From the IMG/VR virus record IMGVR_UViG_3300010296_000006: 64,000 bases of DNA; one strand, written 5' to 3'. How positions within the stretch are numbered: the first letter of the stretch is position 1; each line of letters begins with the position of its first letter. Source of the stretch: an uncultured virus (IMG/VR IMGVR_UViG_3300010296_000006). Lineage: Duplodnaviria > Heunggongvirae > Uroviricota > Caudoviricetes. The notes under the pieces were generated by a model. It did no database searches. It was not told where the DNA came from and saw only the letters and a list, made by a program, of their open reading frames with translations. This document shows positions 1 to 10,009 of the stretch, piece by piece. Both the position numbers and the translations under genes were made by a program.

Positions 1-386
1 CGACTACAGTTACTTGTCATATGGACGGAAGTGTAATTAGTAGCAGGAACATCATCAGCAAGATGCTGAAGAATATCCAAGTATCCTGGATGAAAAGTAG
101 GCTCACCCCCAGAAAGGCTAAAATGAAAACTATTAAAACCGTTGCCACGTGCTTGCCTCTTTATTTCATCAATAGTCTTAAGACATAAGTCGGTGGGTCT
201 GTGGTCTTTACGATCTGATCGGGCGTAGGGCCAACAATAGCTGCAACGATAATTACAAAACCTACCAAGAAGCCAACTAACAGTAAAGATATCTCTATAC
301 AAAAGAGTACGTTGACCGACTTGCACAATGTCGTCAAAGGGAATCTTTGTAAAGTCATAGTTACTCCATTTTAAATCTTCTGTCAT
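1..386 (-). CDS. Radical SAM protein (family C), 5' part only; runs off the left edge and is absent from the ORF track
   Basis: Manual translation from ATG at 386: MTEDLKWSNY...VSWLLGRFCNYRCSYCWPY...FSLSGGEPTFHPG...MTSNCS. Has CxxxCxxC and GGEP, and is open to position 1. Confidence 0.9.
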   Translation of the reverse strand, partial: MTEDLKWSNYDFTKIPFDDIVQVGQRTLLYRDIFTVSWLLGRFCNYRCSYCWPYARSDRKDHRPTDLCLKTIDEIKRQARGNGFNSFHFSLSGGEPTFHPGYLDILQHLADDVPATNYTSVHMTSNCS

Positions 387-391
387 AGTTT

Positions 392-419
392 ATTATAACA
401 CCTTTAAGTTTTATGTCAA
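392..419 (-). promoter_or_regulatory. sigma70-type promoter, extended -10
   Basis: TTGACA-16 nt-TATAAT (TGtTATAAT), 5 nt before the ATG at 386. Confidence 0.75.
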
Positions 420-1156
420 CCATAAGGAAAGTTTACATTTTCACCATTATCATATATGTAGCGCCCAAATGCATAAAGTCTTTCTAAACATGGAAAACAA
501 TGATTGCAATGATTAAAGTTGTTAAGATCAGTAAAGTTTTCTTCTGTATGTGAAGCACAACTATTTGTTAAGGGAAAAAGCCAATCTAGTGCCATTAGGG
601 CTTTGTAAGCATAATACACATCTTTTTTATCTACTGCGCAAAAAGGTGTATTTTGCAAAACACTAGCACTATCCGTGTATAAGTCCACTGTAGACATTGA
701 TTTTGTTAACTGGTCTCGAGATTTATCTCTATTTTGCAAGTGCCACAATGCCCTGTTTGGGTCCATATTATATCTTACATAGTTTTTCATTATACTTGCA
801 GCTACATATTCTATAGGCGGATTAATAGTCATGCCACTATAAACTATATCTATATTTTTCTTTTTTATAGTTTTTTCAACTGCTGCATCGAGTCTTTCAA
901 CATAATCATTATGTTTTCCAAAAACTACAATATGCTCTAAGGGATTTTTACCAGTTATCTCTGCCACCTTGTTAATGATTCTTCTAGTAACAGGACCATA
1001 AAATGGTTTATGGTCAGTTTGTAAAGTTATTGGATATATGTTTGCATCAGGATATGCTAGGCAACAGGCATAATAAACAATAGTACTGTCGGCTCCGCCA
1101 CTAAACTTTACTGCTATATTTTTAAAGTTTTTGTTGTAATAGAATCCATCAAACAT
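416..1156 (-). CDS. QueC-like PP-loop ATPase with C-terminal Zn-binding Cys cluster
   Basis: FSGGADS PP-loop; TNSC...HCNHCFPCLER. Confidence 0.75.
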   Translation of the reverse strand: MFDGFYYNKNFKNIAVKFSGGADSTIVYYACCLAYPDANIYPITLQTDHKPFYGPVTRRIINKVAEITGKNPLEHIVVFGKHNDYVERLDAAVEKTIKKKNIDIVYSGMTINPPIEYVAASIMKNYVRYNMDPNRALWHLQNRDKSRDQLTKSMSTVDLYTDSASVLQNTPFCAVDKKDVYYAYKALMALDWLFPLTNSCASHTEENFTDLNNFNHCNHCFPCLERLYAFGRYIYDNGENVNFPYG

Positions 1157-2022
1157 TAAATGATCCTATTGAATCCATACCATCTTTCAGCACAAAAGAA
1201 ACAGTGTTCGCAATGCTTGTGATCGGGTCCTATTCCATGAAACTCAGTAGTATCCTCACAACTAAATGTCAAAGGATATAAAATATCCATCATGCCTAAG
1301 TCTTTATATGCTTTGTAAACTACACGTTTATCACCAGTAGCGAACGGTCTATTAAAGTATACATTATTAAAATGTAATAAAGGATCAAACGGTTGATAAG
1401 GTTTTGCTGAAGGTTTTCTTGGCTTTAAACCAAGTTTAAAAAGAATATAGTTGTGCTCCGTGTTCCAATCATACACATAATCTTTAGTTTGATGTATTTT
1501 TACTTGTGCATATGTCTTTGTTGTATTATACAATGTTTTATACCAAGGAGGCGGATCTCGTGATACATCTCTTTTGTTTATATGATACATAATAGATTCG
1601 TAATCAAATCCCAAATCTTTATGATTATTTCTTAAAAAAGCAGACATAGCACTATACTTTGGATTTTTTGTTAAACCACTATATACGATTTCAAGATTTT
1701 GTTCTTCTATTGCTTTCTTAACTATTTCATTTTGTCCTTCAATATAAACTTGCTCGTTACTAAAGCCTTCGTGTTCTTTGTAAATAGTATAATGTTTTGC
1801 AGGAGATTTTCCAGTAAGTTCAGTAACTTTTTCTATTATGCGTTCGGCATATGCAATATAATAAGGTTTACCAGATGTTGCTAATGTAATAGGAAAAATG
1901 TTTGTATCAGTTCCTGCATAAAACTTACATACAGCATAATATATTATACTACTATCAGCACCGCCCGATAGTTTTACTGCAACATTTTTAAATTTTTTGT
2001 CTAGTTTTATATTATCTATCAT
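1156..2022 (-). CDS. QueC-like PP-loop ATPase (start revised to ATG 2022)
   Basis: LSGGADS; TFSCE...HCEHCFFCAER; MIDNIKLDKKFKNV aligns with the neighbour's N-terminus; ATGA overlap with the upstream stop. Confidence 0.78.
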   Translation of the reverse strand: MIDNIKLDKKFKNVAVKLSGGADSSIIYYAVCKFYAGTDTNIFPITLATSGKPYYIAYAERIIEKVTELTGKSPAKHYTIYKEHEGFSNEQVYIEGQNEIVKKAIEEQNLEIVYSGLTKNPKYSAMSAFLRNNHKDLGFDYESIMYHINKRDVSRDPPPWYKTLYNTTKTYAQVKIHQTKDYVYDWNTEHNYILFKLGLKPRKPSAKPYQPFDPLLHFNNVYFNRPFATGDKRVVYKAYKDLGMMDILYPLTFSCEDTTEFHGIGPDHKHCEHCFFCAERWYGFNRII

Positions 2023-2741
2023 ACTATTTTTCCAAATCCATACCAGCGTTCTAAACAGAAAAAACAATGTCCACAATGTTTTACTGTTTCAATATTTTTG
2101 TAGTCATCTGGGTCTTCACAACTAAACGTCAAAGGATATAAAACGTCTAACATATCCAAATCTTTGTATGCTTTATATGTTACTTTTTTATCACCAGATA
2201 TAAACGGAAAGTTAGCTATAACTTTTCCATTACCGTGTACAGAGTCAACAGGTCCCCACTCAAAAGGATTATCTCTTGCAATATCTCTTTTATTGTTGTG
2301 ATGATGCACTCTATCCATGTCTATTTTAAATGTTTCAGCATTGTCATTTAAAAACTTTATTAGTGTAGGATTGTGCGGATTAACAGTTAAGCCACTGTAA
2401 ACTATTTCTAAATCTTCACAACTAATAGCGTAATCCATTAGGTTGTCTTGACTATCAATATATTGCTGTCCTAAATCATCTACAGTATCATCGTCTTCAA
2501 AATACGTATAATGTTTTGTAGGATATACTCCAAGCAAATCGCCTACAGTCTGTATTATACGATTTGCTCCGTCTATATACCACGGTTTACGTTTTGTGGC
2601 TATAGTGATAGGAAAAATATTTGTATCAGTATCTTTGTAATATTTACAGATAGCATAATATAATATACTACTATCAGCACCTCCTGATAATCTTATACCT
2701 ACATTTTTAAACTTTTTATCTAAAACTAGATCATCAATCAT
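2019..2741 (-). CDS. QueC-like PP-loop ATPase
   Basis: LSGGADS; TFSCE...HCGHCFFCLER. Confidence 0.78.
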   Translation of the reverse strand: MIDDLVLDKKFKNVGIRLSGGADSSILYYAICKYYKDTDTNIFPITIATKRKPWYIDGANRIIQTVGDLLGVYPTKHYTYFEDDDTVDDLGQQYIDSQDNLMDYAISCEDLEIVYSGLTVNPHNPTLIKFLNDNAETFKIDMDRVHHHNNKRDIARDNPFEWGPVDSVHGNGKVIANFPFISGDKKVTYKAYKDLDMLDVLYPLTFSCEDPDDYKNIETVKHCGHCFFCLERWYGFGKIV

Positions 2742-3805
2742 AAATGAGAATCTCCGATAAGCTCTTTACATTTTTTAATACAGAGATTAATATTTTGCTG
2801 TTCTTTGTCAATAAAACTCCAAACTTGACCCTGTAATATATCTGCTATCGGACGATGTAAGACATTATGATCATGTCTATCTAAAAAGTCATATGTACTC
2901 CAGAGTTTCTCTAACTCCCTAAGATTTCCCATCCAACAACAAGGTACCAAATATCCATCAGCACTAATGTATATATTACCTTTTGTTTTGTGAAACTTCG
3001 AAACTGAGCTATCTTTTCTAGCAGGACATTCAACACACTCTAAGGTGATATTTGCATCTCGTAACTCTTTAAAAGATTTTCCATTGATGTTATCACCTTT
3101 TCCTTTTTCATACCATTCTGGTATTTCTACTTTTTCTATTTTCACTTTTTCAGGTGTTTTTTTCTTAGGCGTATTTTCAACTGTTTCAACCTCAGACCTA
3201 CCAGATTGTATAATATTAAAACTAACAAATCCTTCTTCGTCTGCACGTTTTTTAACATCGTCGAGTTGGTGTTTATTATGACTAAAAACTATAAACTGCC
3301 AAACAGCTTTGCCGCCGTGTTTAATATATGTTTTAAAGTTTTCTTCCAACACATTCCATTTAACATTTTTCCTGTAGATATGATTGGTATCTTCTAAACC
3401 ATCAATGCCAAAATGTACATATAGGTTTGTGTTAGAACTTATCTCTCCTAAACGTTTCCAAAAATCTACATTACGTGTACCACCGTTTGTTGCAACTGCA
3501 ATATTCATTGTGTTGTTTAAAGATAAAAAATATTCTGTTATTTCTATCATTTCAGGGTTTGTTGTAGGTTCGTCAACATTACCACAATAATGTAAGTAGT
3601 CTAAGTTTGACCAATCGTATTTGCCAAAAATGTTTTTTATCTGGTCAAGAGTAAAATATGTGTTATTTAAATTTGCGGAAGGCCTTCTACCTTTTTTAAA
3701 ATCTACCCATTGTTCCCATCGGTCACATTGAGGACATGCAGCGTTACAGTAGTTTGTTAGTTCTATTTGTATTCTGCCGATTTCGCTTACATCAAACCAT
3801 GCCAT
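2738..3805 (-). CDS. Radical SAM protein (family B)
   Basis: IELTNYCNAACPQC; CGNVDEP; TNGG; FGIDGLEDTNHIYR; C-terminal PCC...CIKKC. Confidence 0.88.
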   Translation of the reverse strand: MAWFDVSEIGRIQIELTNYCNAACPQCDRWEQWVDFKKGRRPSANLNNTYFTLDQIKNIFGKYDWSNLDYLHYCGNVDEPTTNPEMIEITEYFLSLNNTMNIAVATNGGTRNVDFWKRLGEISSNTNLYVHFGIDGLEDTNHIYRKNVKWNVLEENFKTYIKHGGKAVWQFIVFSHNKHQLDDVKKRADEEGFVSFNIIQSGRSEVETVENTPKKKTPEKVKIEKVEIPEWYEKGKGDNINGKSFKELRDANITLECVECPARKDSSVSKFHKTKGNIYISADGYLVPCCWMGNLRELEKLWSTYDFLDRHDHNVLHRPIADILQGQVWSFIDKEQQNINLCIKKCKELIGDSHL

Positions 3806-3813
3806 AAAAAGTC

Positions 3814-4818
3814 CTATATAAATTCTATGTTGATAACTTTATCTTCACTGTCATCAACTTCATATCCATATTGCCCTTCTATTATTATTGTGCCTCTCGA
3901 AACGTCTTGTCTTGGTTTTCCTATACCTAAAAACAGGCCTGTGTTAACAACAGGTCTAGTAATGCCAAACCTTTCTACAAGTGTATCAAACAAATCTTTC
4001 CATCTAACACATGCACAAAATCCTGTTCTATATCCAAGTGTTGCGGCTGTGTGTGCTGCAACTCCAGCACATATACCTAAGTTTTGATCAAAGTTTGTGT
4101 AAAAATCATCACCAAAAGGATTATAAACAGAATCAGGATCTTCTGGGACAAACATTAAAAGCAAAGGTGCCATTACCTGTCCATTTCTGTGCAATGGTCT
4201 ATCAAAATCAGGATTAGTAGGATCTTCGCTATAATCGTAACACACCCTGTTAAACTCTTTATTTCTACTCACAATCATTCTAAAATACTGCTTATTTTGC
4301 TTTGATGGCATATTTATACATGCCTGCATAATAGTAGTAAAATCATCTTCGGGTATTTCTTGATCAAAGTCAAAGTTACGTTGACATCTTTCTGCAATGA
4401 ATGATGCTTTAACTGGATCCATTTCTGTAAATATAGGCCCTGTGTCTAACTGATTTAAAAGTATACTAAATGTTTCATTTACAGCTTGTTCTACAGCAAA
4501 AGACATATTATGATCAGCTAAATGTTTTAACATAAGAGGTTTTAAAATATTGTAAGTATCTCTTTCTGCATCTGTAGTACGAATCTGTCTTTTTCCAAAC
4601 TTATAAAACTCCTCAATGATAAACTGCATTTTTTTATCATTTCCCCATCTTAGTTTTTCACATACTGCATCATAAACTTTTGACATGTCTGTTTTACATT
4701 TATAGAAGTTATCAGTACGAGTTGGATGGTTATTTTGAATCCAAGTTGCTAGTGTCTCGATGTCATCATTTTTGTAAGACTTTAATATTTCTGCTGCTTC
4801 TAAACTTATAATTGGCAT
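3814..4818 (-). CDS. Protein with C-terminal nitroreductase-like (FMN) domain and unknown N-terminal half
   Basis: ERCQRNFD...MPSKQNKQYF...AAHTAATLGYRTGFC...LGIGKP resembles the RRSxR / APSxxNxQ / AxxLGLxxC / xxxGxP nitroreductase pattern. Confidence 0.6.
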   Translation of the reverse strand: MPIISLEAAEILKSYKNDDIETLATWIQNNHPTRTDNFYKCKTDMSKVYDAVCEKLRWGNDKKMQFIIEEFYKFGKRQIRTTDAERDTYNILKPLMLKHLADHNMSFAVEQAVNETFSILLNQLDTGPIFTEMDPVKASFIAERCQRNFDFDQEIPEDDFTTIMQACINMPSKQNKQYFRMIVSRNKEFNRVCYDYSEDPTNPDFDRPLHRNGQVMAPLLLMFVPEDPDSVYNPFGDDFYTNFDQNLGICAGVAAHTAATLGYRTGFCACVRWKDLFDTLVERFGITRPVVNTGLFLGIGKPRQDVSRGTIIIEGQYGYEVDDSEDKVINIEFI

Positions 4819-4828
4819 TTTCTATTCC

Positions 4829-5992
4829 TTAATATGCTTTCAGCATACGAATAATAGAGTTATCTTTGTTTTCTTTTTTTACTTCTTGTTGAAACACTGG
4901 CGTTAAATCTTTCGTATGCTTTTCAAATATTTCTTTTGCTACATTAGTATTTAACGCTTTTGGCGAACATAATCCACACCCACAATAAAATTTTGGACAT
5001 TTTATTACTGGCATAACACCTGATTCTAAAGTATTTTTTAGGTTGGTGTTAATAAGATCAAATCTACTTGCTTTTCCTATAGGACCTATTTCACCTTCTA
5101 GATTAACTTGACATGTTTGATGATGCCAAACACCATCTAGCTCACTGTTAATAAACAAGAAGTCCCAGTTAACCATACAGTTCCAACCATTGAAGTTGTT
5201 TTCAGGAACAAACCTTCCTTCTGACCATTTATTATCTATACAAAGGTTAAGTCCTCTACCTGCACAACAAGGACGTCCTATGTTTTGCGCCATTTCGCAA
5301 CTTTTGGCTTTTTTGTTTACTTTCTCTTTTTTGCCTCTACTCCAATAGTCTTTAAACCATTGGTGTTGTTCTTCGGTGTAAATATGCGCAGATCCATCCT
5401 CAACGTCTTTTGGATTTCCGCTATCTCCTATAACTCTTGGAGTATATTTAACTCCGAGTTCATCAAGCCAATCTGCAACAGCAATACACTCATCAAAATA
5501 ATCTTTATGAAACATTAAGTTTATTCTAAAGTTGTAATCTGCTTCTTTCATTGCAATAATATTATTACGCACAAGTTGTTCTTCAATCTTGCTTTGTTCA
5601 GCATGCCAGCTTACAGTGCAACTATCAATGTTATCAATAATCTGTTGGCATTTTTTTGGTGTGTAACAACCATTAGTTGTAATATTTGTTTTAACTTTTG
5701 GATATTTTTCTTCACAGTATTCTATAAATCTAAAAAAGTCAGGATTTATTGTTGGCTCACCTCCTGTAAAGGCAAGTGTGGTTTTCTTTTGTTGCTTCCT
5801 ATACTTGTTTAGCATATCAGTATATTCTACAATACCGTCTAATGTATGTACCAAAACATCAAACGGTGTGTTTGGGCTTGTTTTATTACTATGGTGCGGG
5901 CCACAATATGTACAAGCATATGTACATCTTCTTCCCAAGTCCCATACTACATCAAAACTATCATTATCTATTTGATCAATTGCGTTGAACAT
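4829..5992 (-). CDS. Radical SAM protein (family C2, Cys-rich C-terminus)
   Basis: WDLGRRCTYACTYC; TGGEPT; RPCCAGR; NFNGWNC; CPKFYCGCGLCSPKA. Confidence 0.9.
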   Translation of the reverse strand: MFNAIDQIDNDSFDVVWDLGRRCTYACTYCGPHHSNKTSPNTPFDVLVHTLDGIVEYTDMLNKYRKQQKKTTLAFTGGEPTINPDFFRFIEYCEEKYPKVKTNITTNGCYTPKKCQQIIDNIDSCTVSWHAEQSKIEEQLVRNNIIAMKEADYNFRINLMFHKDYFDECIAVADWLDELGVKYTPRVIGDSGNPKDVEDGSAHIYTEEQHQWFKDYWSRGKKEKVNKKAKSCEMAQNIGRPCCAGRGLNLCIDNKWSEGRFVPENNFNGWNCMVNWDFLFINSELDGVWHHQTCQVNLEGEIGPIGKASRFDLINTNLKNTLESGVMPVIKCPKFYCGCGLCSPKALNTNVAKEIFEKHTKDLTPVFQQEVKKENKDNSIIRMLKAY

Positions 5993-6653
5993 CTACAGAT
6001 CCAAATCCTATTATTGCACGTTTCCATTCAGTACTAACTTCGGGAATATCGTTTGTTGAAAGGAACCAACTGCTGCTATGCCATCGAGCTGCATCAAACA
6101 GCATGAGTGTGCCTAGTTCCCATTTGTAAACACTATCTACTTTTAAATCAGCATATTCTTTTGCATACAAGCAATCAGCTGGATTATATTTTAAAACTTC
6201 TTCGTCATATTTCCATTTTGTTCTATACTCAAAGATTTCGTCGTTATCTCTGTACCGCATTTCTCCTTTGCGATACATCATTTTTCTTGGAATATAACTA
6301 ATCCTATCGTAGTTTACTGTATAGGGCTGTTTACAGTTCCATTCTAAAGGAATAATACATCCTACAACAGTATGGCAATCTACTTTGTCATCCCATGGAA
6401 CAGTTTCGTAATCAGTATGTAAACCTGCTGGCTCTCCGCTATGAAAATAATCAAAGTTCCAATCATTAAATGTTGCGTTGAGATTTACAAGATAATCTTG
6501 TAAAAAAGCCTTATCTTTTTTTGACAAACTGCAAAATAGATTGTGTCCTCTTAGACCAGTAACCTTTGCTTTGCTTTCAGATAGAATATTTCTAAACTCA
6601 TTTTTATGATATTCAATATCAATATCGATTTTATGAGAACCAAAATCATACAT
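5976..6653 (-). CDS. Putative 2OG-Fe(II) oxygenase-like protein
   Basis: GLHTD...LFDAARWHSS...KRAI matches the HxD...H...R arrangement. Confidence 0.45.
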   Translation of the reverse strand: MYDFGSHKIDIDIEYHKNEFRNILSESKAKVTGLRGHNLFCSLSKKDKAFLQDYLVNLNATFNDWNFDYFHSGEPAGLHTDYETVPWDDKVDCHTVVGCIIPLEWNCKQPYTVNYDRISYIPRKMMYRKGEMRYRDNDEIFEYRTKWKYDEEVLKYNPADCLYAKEYADLKVDSVYKWELGTLMLFDAARWHSSSWFLSTNDIPEVSTEWKRAIIGFGSVDVQRN

Positions 6654-7167
6654 GTATTACAAAACTACCTTTTGCTCTATCTATTAGATTGTATTCTTTT
6701 ATTGTGTCTTGTATAATAGGACCATATTTTTTATGGTTATAATTTCTTCCGATAACCAACCCATTTGGTTTTGTTAAACTCAAAGCCTTTATATACGCAC
6801 TTTTCCAATCTACACTACTACTTACCAATCCCATGCTTACTATATCATATTTTTGATCAGTTTTAAAATCATCAAAATACATTTCATAGGTTTTAGCAAA
6901 AGGACAATGACTTATAAACATTTCTTTTGTGATAACTTCTTTTAGGTTATCTTCATCAAAGTATCCTTTATCCCAATCAACTTGTAATCTAACTTGTTCT
7001 TGTTCCCATGGATCAACTGCATGATAATCAGCATTAGGAAAATCATTATATAAGTAAGTAAACAATCTACCGTTTGCTGCTCCTACTTCTAATATAGAAC
7101 TAAATGGTTTCATATATTTTTTTACAAGATCCATTTCTTGCAAACTAATCCAACCTTCAGCAATCAT
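6646..7167 (-). CDS. Class I SAM-dependent methyltransferase
   Basis: ILEVGAANGR; AVDPW; YDIVS; LTKPNGLVIG. Confidence 0.7.
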   Translation of the reverse strand: MIAEGWISLQEMDLVKKYMKPFSSILEVGAANGRLFTYLYNDFPNADYHAVDPWEQEQVRLQVDWDKGYFDEDNLKEVITKEMFISHCPFAKTYEMYFDDFKTDQKYDIVSMGLVSSSVDWKSAYIKALSLTKPNGLVIGRNYNHKKYGPIIQDTIKEYNLIDRAKGSFVIHV

Positions 7168-7748
7168 TTACGCAACTTTTCAATTTTTTGTTTGCTTATT
7201 ACAAAAGATCCAAAAGCAACATCAAGAACTTCATATTTTCTCATAGCTTTTCGAGGACATTGAGCTCCTCTAAAATCTGGTTTCTGCACTATATTTCTAC
7301 CTACAATGTAACCATCGTCTTTAAGCATACTAAATGCTTTTTTATAAACATCTTTCCATCTTACTTCAGGATTATTCATACCCATACTAATAACATCAAA
7401 CTTCATGTCTGTTTCAAAATCTTCAAATGGCATATCATAACAGGTTGCAAAAGGAATAGCTTTTTTTAAATTTTCATGAGTAGCTCTTGCACCTCTATTG
7501 CCATTATCAAAATAACGTTTGCTATGATCGAGTTGAATATAGACTTCTCTTTTACTTAACGGATCAACTGATACATAGTTCCAGTTAGGGTGTTTCCAAT
7601 ACAAAAAATCAAATAATCTACCAAACGCACTACCAGTTTCTAAAATATTTCCTACTTCCGGTTTCATCCATTTGCTAACTAATTCACATTCGTCTCTTCT
7701 AATCCATCCCTCAAGTAAAGGCGCTTGGTTATCACCAAAGTTACTCAT
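7164..7748 (-). CDS. Class I SAM-dependent methyltransferase (paralog of 6646)
   Basis: ILETGSAFGRLF; SVDP; FDVISMG; LKDDGYIVGRN. Confidence 0.68.
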   Translation of the reverse strand: MSNFGDNQAPLLEGWIRRDECELVSKWMKPEVGNILETGSAFGRLFDFLYWKHPNWNYVSVDPLSKREVYIQLDHSKRYFDNGNRGARATHENLKKAIPFATCYDMPFEDFETDMKFDVISMGMNNPEVRWKDVYKKAFSMLKDDGYIVGRNIVQKPDFRGAQCPRKAMRKYEVLDVAFGSFVISKQKIEKLRK

Positions 7749-8193
7749 ACAAACTCCTTATTAACTTCCACCAGTGACTGTTTCTATCTGACATTAGTTC
7801 GTCCCAATCGACTGCTAGTGCTAACTGCAAGTTTACTCGAAGATTATTATTGTTAAAAACAGCATGTGGAGATTGTGTGTCAATCATTACAGTAGTATTT
7901 ATGGCTCCACCAGTTGTATGAACAGGTGCATAATCGTCAGTTAATGGATGCAATATCACAGTTTGTCTATCAAATCTTGCAGAATCTGTATGCCAGTCTT
8001 GCACCATGTTTGGATACATTTTCATTACACATGCACGAGGCATATGTCTAAACTCAGTTGGACCAAAATGTAAAGAACTGCTTGTTCCAGTCTGTGTGTT
8101 TGTATGGTTAATAAATATATCACTGTCAACTAAAGAAAGCAAATGCTTTTTTTCTTCTTTTGTAACAAAGTTAGGTAACTTCAAAAAACTCAT
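7741..8193 (-). CDS. Small 2OG-Fe(II)/cupin-like oxygenase
   Basis: WHTD...PHAVFN...RVNLQ. Confidence 0.55.
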   Translation of the reverse strand: MSFLKLPNFVTKEEKKHLLSLVDSDIFINHTNTQTGTSSSLHFGPTEFRHMPRACVMKMYPNMVQDWHTDSARFDRQTVILHPLTDDYAPVHTTGGAINTTVMIDTQSPHAVFNNNNLRVNLQLALAVDWDELMSDRNSHWWKLIRSLYE

Positions 8194-9122
8194 TTTCGTT
8201 CACCTTGCTCTATTTTATTTAGACCTTTATCGGTTCCTCTTAAATCAAATACACCATCAATAAGAAAACGTAACGGCGTTCTAATACCGTATTGATTAAT
8301 ACCATCTTTTCCTTCGTCTATCCATCCAACGTGAATACTATCACTTTCAAGCAATCCAAAATCTTTACAAACTTTTTCATACAAATGTTTATAGTTGCTC
8401 CACCAATAATCAACACCAAATGATTTTATCATTTCTGTACCTATCCACATGTCACTTACGTTTGAATAGTCAAAATCGTTCATTATGCTTATAGGACCAT
8501 TTACACGCTCTCTTGTATAACGTATACCAATACGTTGACTTCCCATTCCAAATGCTTTACTTAAACTTACACTAACACTTTTTACCGCAGGATGTGAAAC
8601 GTCAAAATCAAAGTTACGACATTGCCCAAACCAAGCACCGTCAATGTGTACCGGTATATCGTTATCTTGACAATGATCTAATAACTTGTCAAAGTCTTCG
8701 TGATAGTTTGTTGTAATACAACTTGGATAGCTTGTGACAAAAACATTGCCTTTTGTAAGTTCTTTATAATCTTCGATTTGTTTAACTTTAAAATCAGTTA
8801 ACCTGCGATGATATTTGTATTCGCCTTTAAAAGTTGTTATGTTTTTGCCATGTAACTGGTGTAACTCGTCTAACTGATGTGTAGTTCCTATTATTGCATC
8901 TTTCCTACTAAAAGAATCTATATTAGTATATTTCACAAGTTTGTGTTCTTTTATCCACATATCCATATGATCTAAAAACTTGTCTTTATAAGCATGAGGA
9001 TTTTTTGGATAATCTGCCATATTTAGTTGAGCTCTAAACTTATTAAACATACTTACAAACATAGGACGCTGTCTGCGTGTACCTAAGTGTTCTAATGTTA
9101 AATCATCGTATTTTATATCCAT
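8190..9122 (-). CDS. PLP-dependent enzyme (fold type I aminotransferase-like)
   Basis: VHIDGAW; SLSKAFG...RIG (PLP-lysine motif). Confidence 0.7.
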   Translation of the reverse strand: MDIKYDDLTLEHLGTRRQRPMFVSMFNKFRAQLNMADYPKNPHAYKDKFLDHMDMWIKEHKLVKYTNIDSFSRKDAIIGTTHQLDELHQLHGKNITTFKGEYKYHRRLTDFKVKQIEDYKELTKGNVFVTSYPSCITTNYHEDFDKLLDHCQDNDIPVHIDGAWFGQCRNFDFDVSHPAVKSVSVSLSKAFGMGSQRIGIRYTRERVNGPISIMNDFDYSNVSDMWIGTEMIKSFGVDYWWSNYKHLYEKVCKDFGLLESDSIHVGWIDEGKDGINQYGIRTPLRFLIDGVFDLRGTDKGLNKIEQGERK

Positions 9123-10009
9123 TTTTCTACCACAGCATCTAGTTTACAAGGACATGCTCTATAATCACATACTATAGGGTCTTTAGGTAAAGTATATGTT
9201 CCAGTTTTTATATTTCCTAAACTACCACCAACACCTTTTGTACATCTTTTAATATTACCATCTGGTTCAACCATAAGTCTACGTATTCCAGCAGTGCATG
9301 TATATCCTTCAAACTTATGCAATCCTTTATCTAAGACTTTCATAAAACGCATAGGTTCTCCATCAAAATGTAAGTTTTGAGGTATTTTCCAATTTATACC
9401 AAAAGGTTTCATTTTATGCCAACTATTGTTTTGTATCCATTCACGTTGTTCGTCTGTATATTCAAAATAACTTGTACCATCAATACTTGTTCTTGTGAAC
9501 TTAGGTGTTATTTCTACATTTAGATCTTGTAATCTTTCGTACAACAACTTAGCTCTTTCGTAGTTATCTGGTACAATCATTAAAGGAATGCTAACACTAG
9601 CTTTGTGCTGCATTATTTTTGCAACTTCGTAAAAATGATCATCATTAGCTTCTTCGGCATGCCAGCTTAAAAACACAAAAGCGTTTTGAGTTTTAAACTT
9701 TTCCCAATACCTTAGTGTTCTACTTGCATTTGTAGCATATTCAACAAACACATCTTCGTCGCTTATTGTATCTACAAAATCTTGAAACTTAGGCCACACA
9801 GTAGGTTCACCACCTAGCACTTCAACATAAATGTATTTGTTTTGTTTTTTAACGTTTTTGATTAAATCTATATAAGGTTGCCAATCAGTAGGCCATCTAT
9901 AACTGCCATCTCTATGATAATCATTACAATACGAACAACTAAAGTTGCATACATTATGTACAAAAAGAGTTAATACACAACAATCAAGGTTTTCATTTGT
10001 TATATGCAT
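9113..10009 (-). CDS. Radical SAM protein (family C); start revised to ATG 10009
   Basis: CNFSCSYC; GGEPT; FEGYTCTAG...GGSLGNI...CDYRACPC. Confidence 0.88.
   Translation of the reverse strand: MHITNENLDCCVLTLFVHNVCNFSCSYCNDYHRDGSYRWPTDWQPYIDLIKNVKKQNKYIYVEVLGGEPTVWPKFQDFVDTISDEDVFVEYATNASRTLRYWEKFKTQNAFVFLSWHAEEANDDHFYEVAKIMQHKASVSIPLMIVPDNYERAKLLYERLQDLNVEITPKFTRTSIDGTSYFEYTDEQREWIQNNSWHKMKPFGINWKIPQNLHFDGEPMRFMKVLDKGLHKFEGYTCTAGIRRLMVEPDGNIKRCTKGVGGSLGNIKTGTYTLPKDPIVCDYRACPCKLDAVVEKWI

Noticed and set aside
161..358. 65-aa hydrophobic ORF in the track
   Set aside because: It is an off-frame shadow of the radical SAM gene starting at 386.
416..2741. Canonical queuosine/7-deazaguanine DNA-modification cluster
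   Set aside because: No QueD, FolE, DpdA or TGT is recognisable, and the rSAMs carry auxiliary Cys clusters unlike QueE. It cannot be excluded outside the window, so no gene symbol was assigned.
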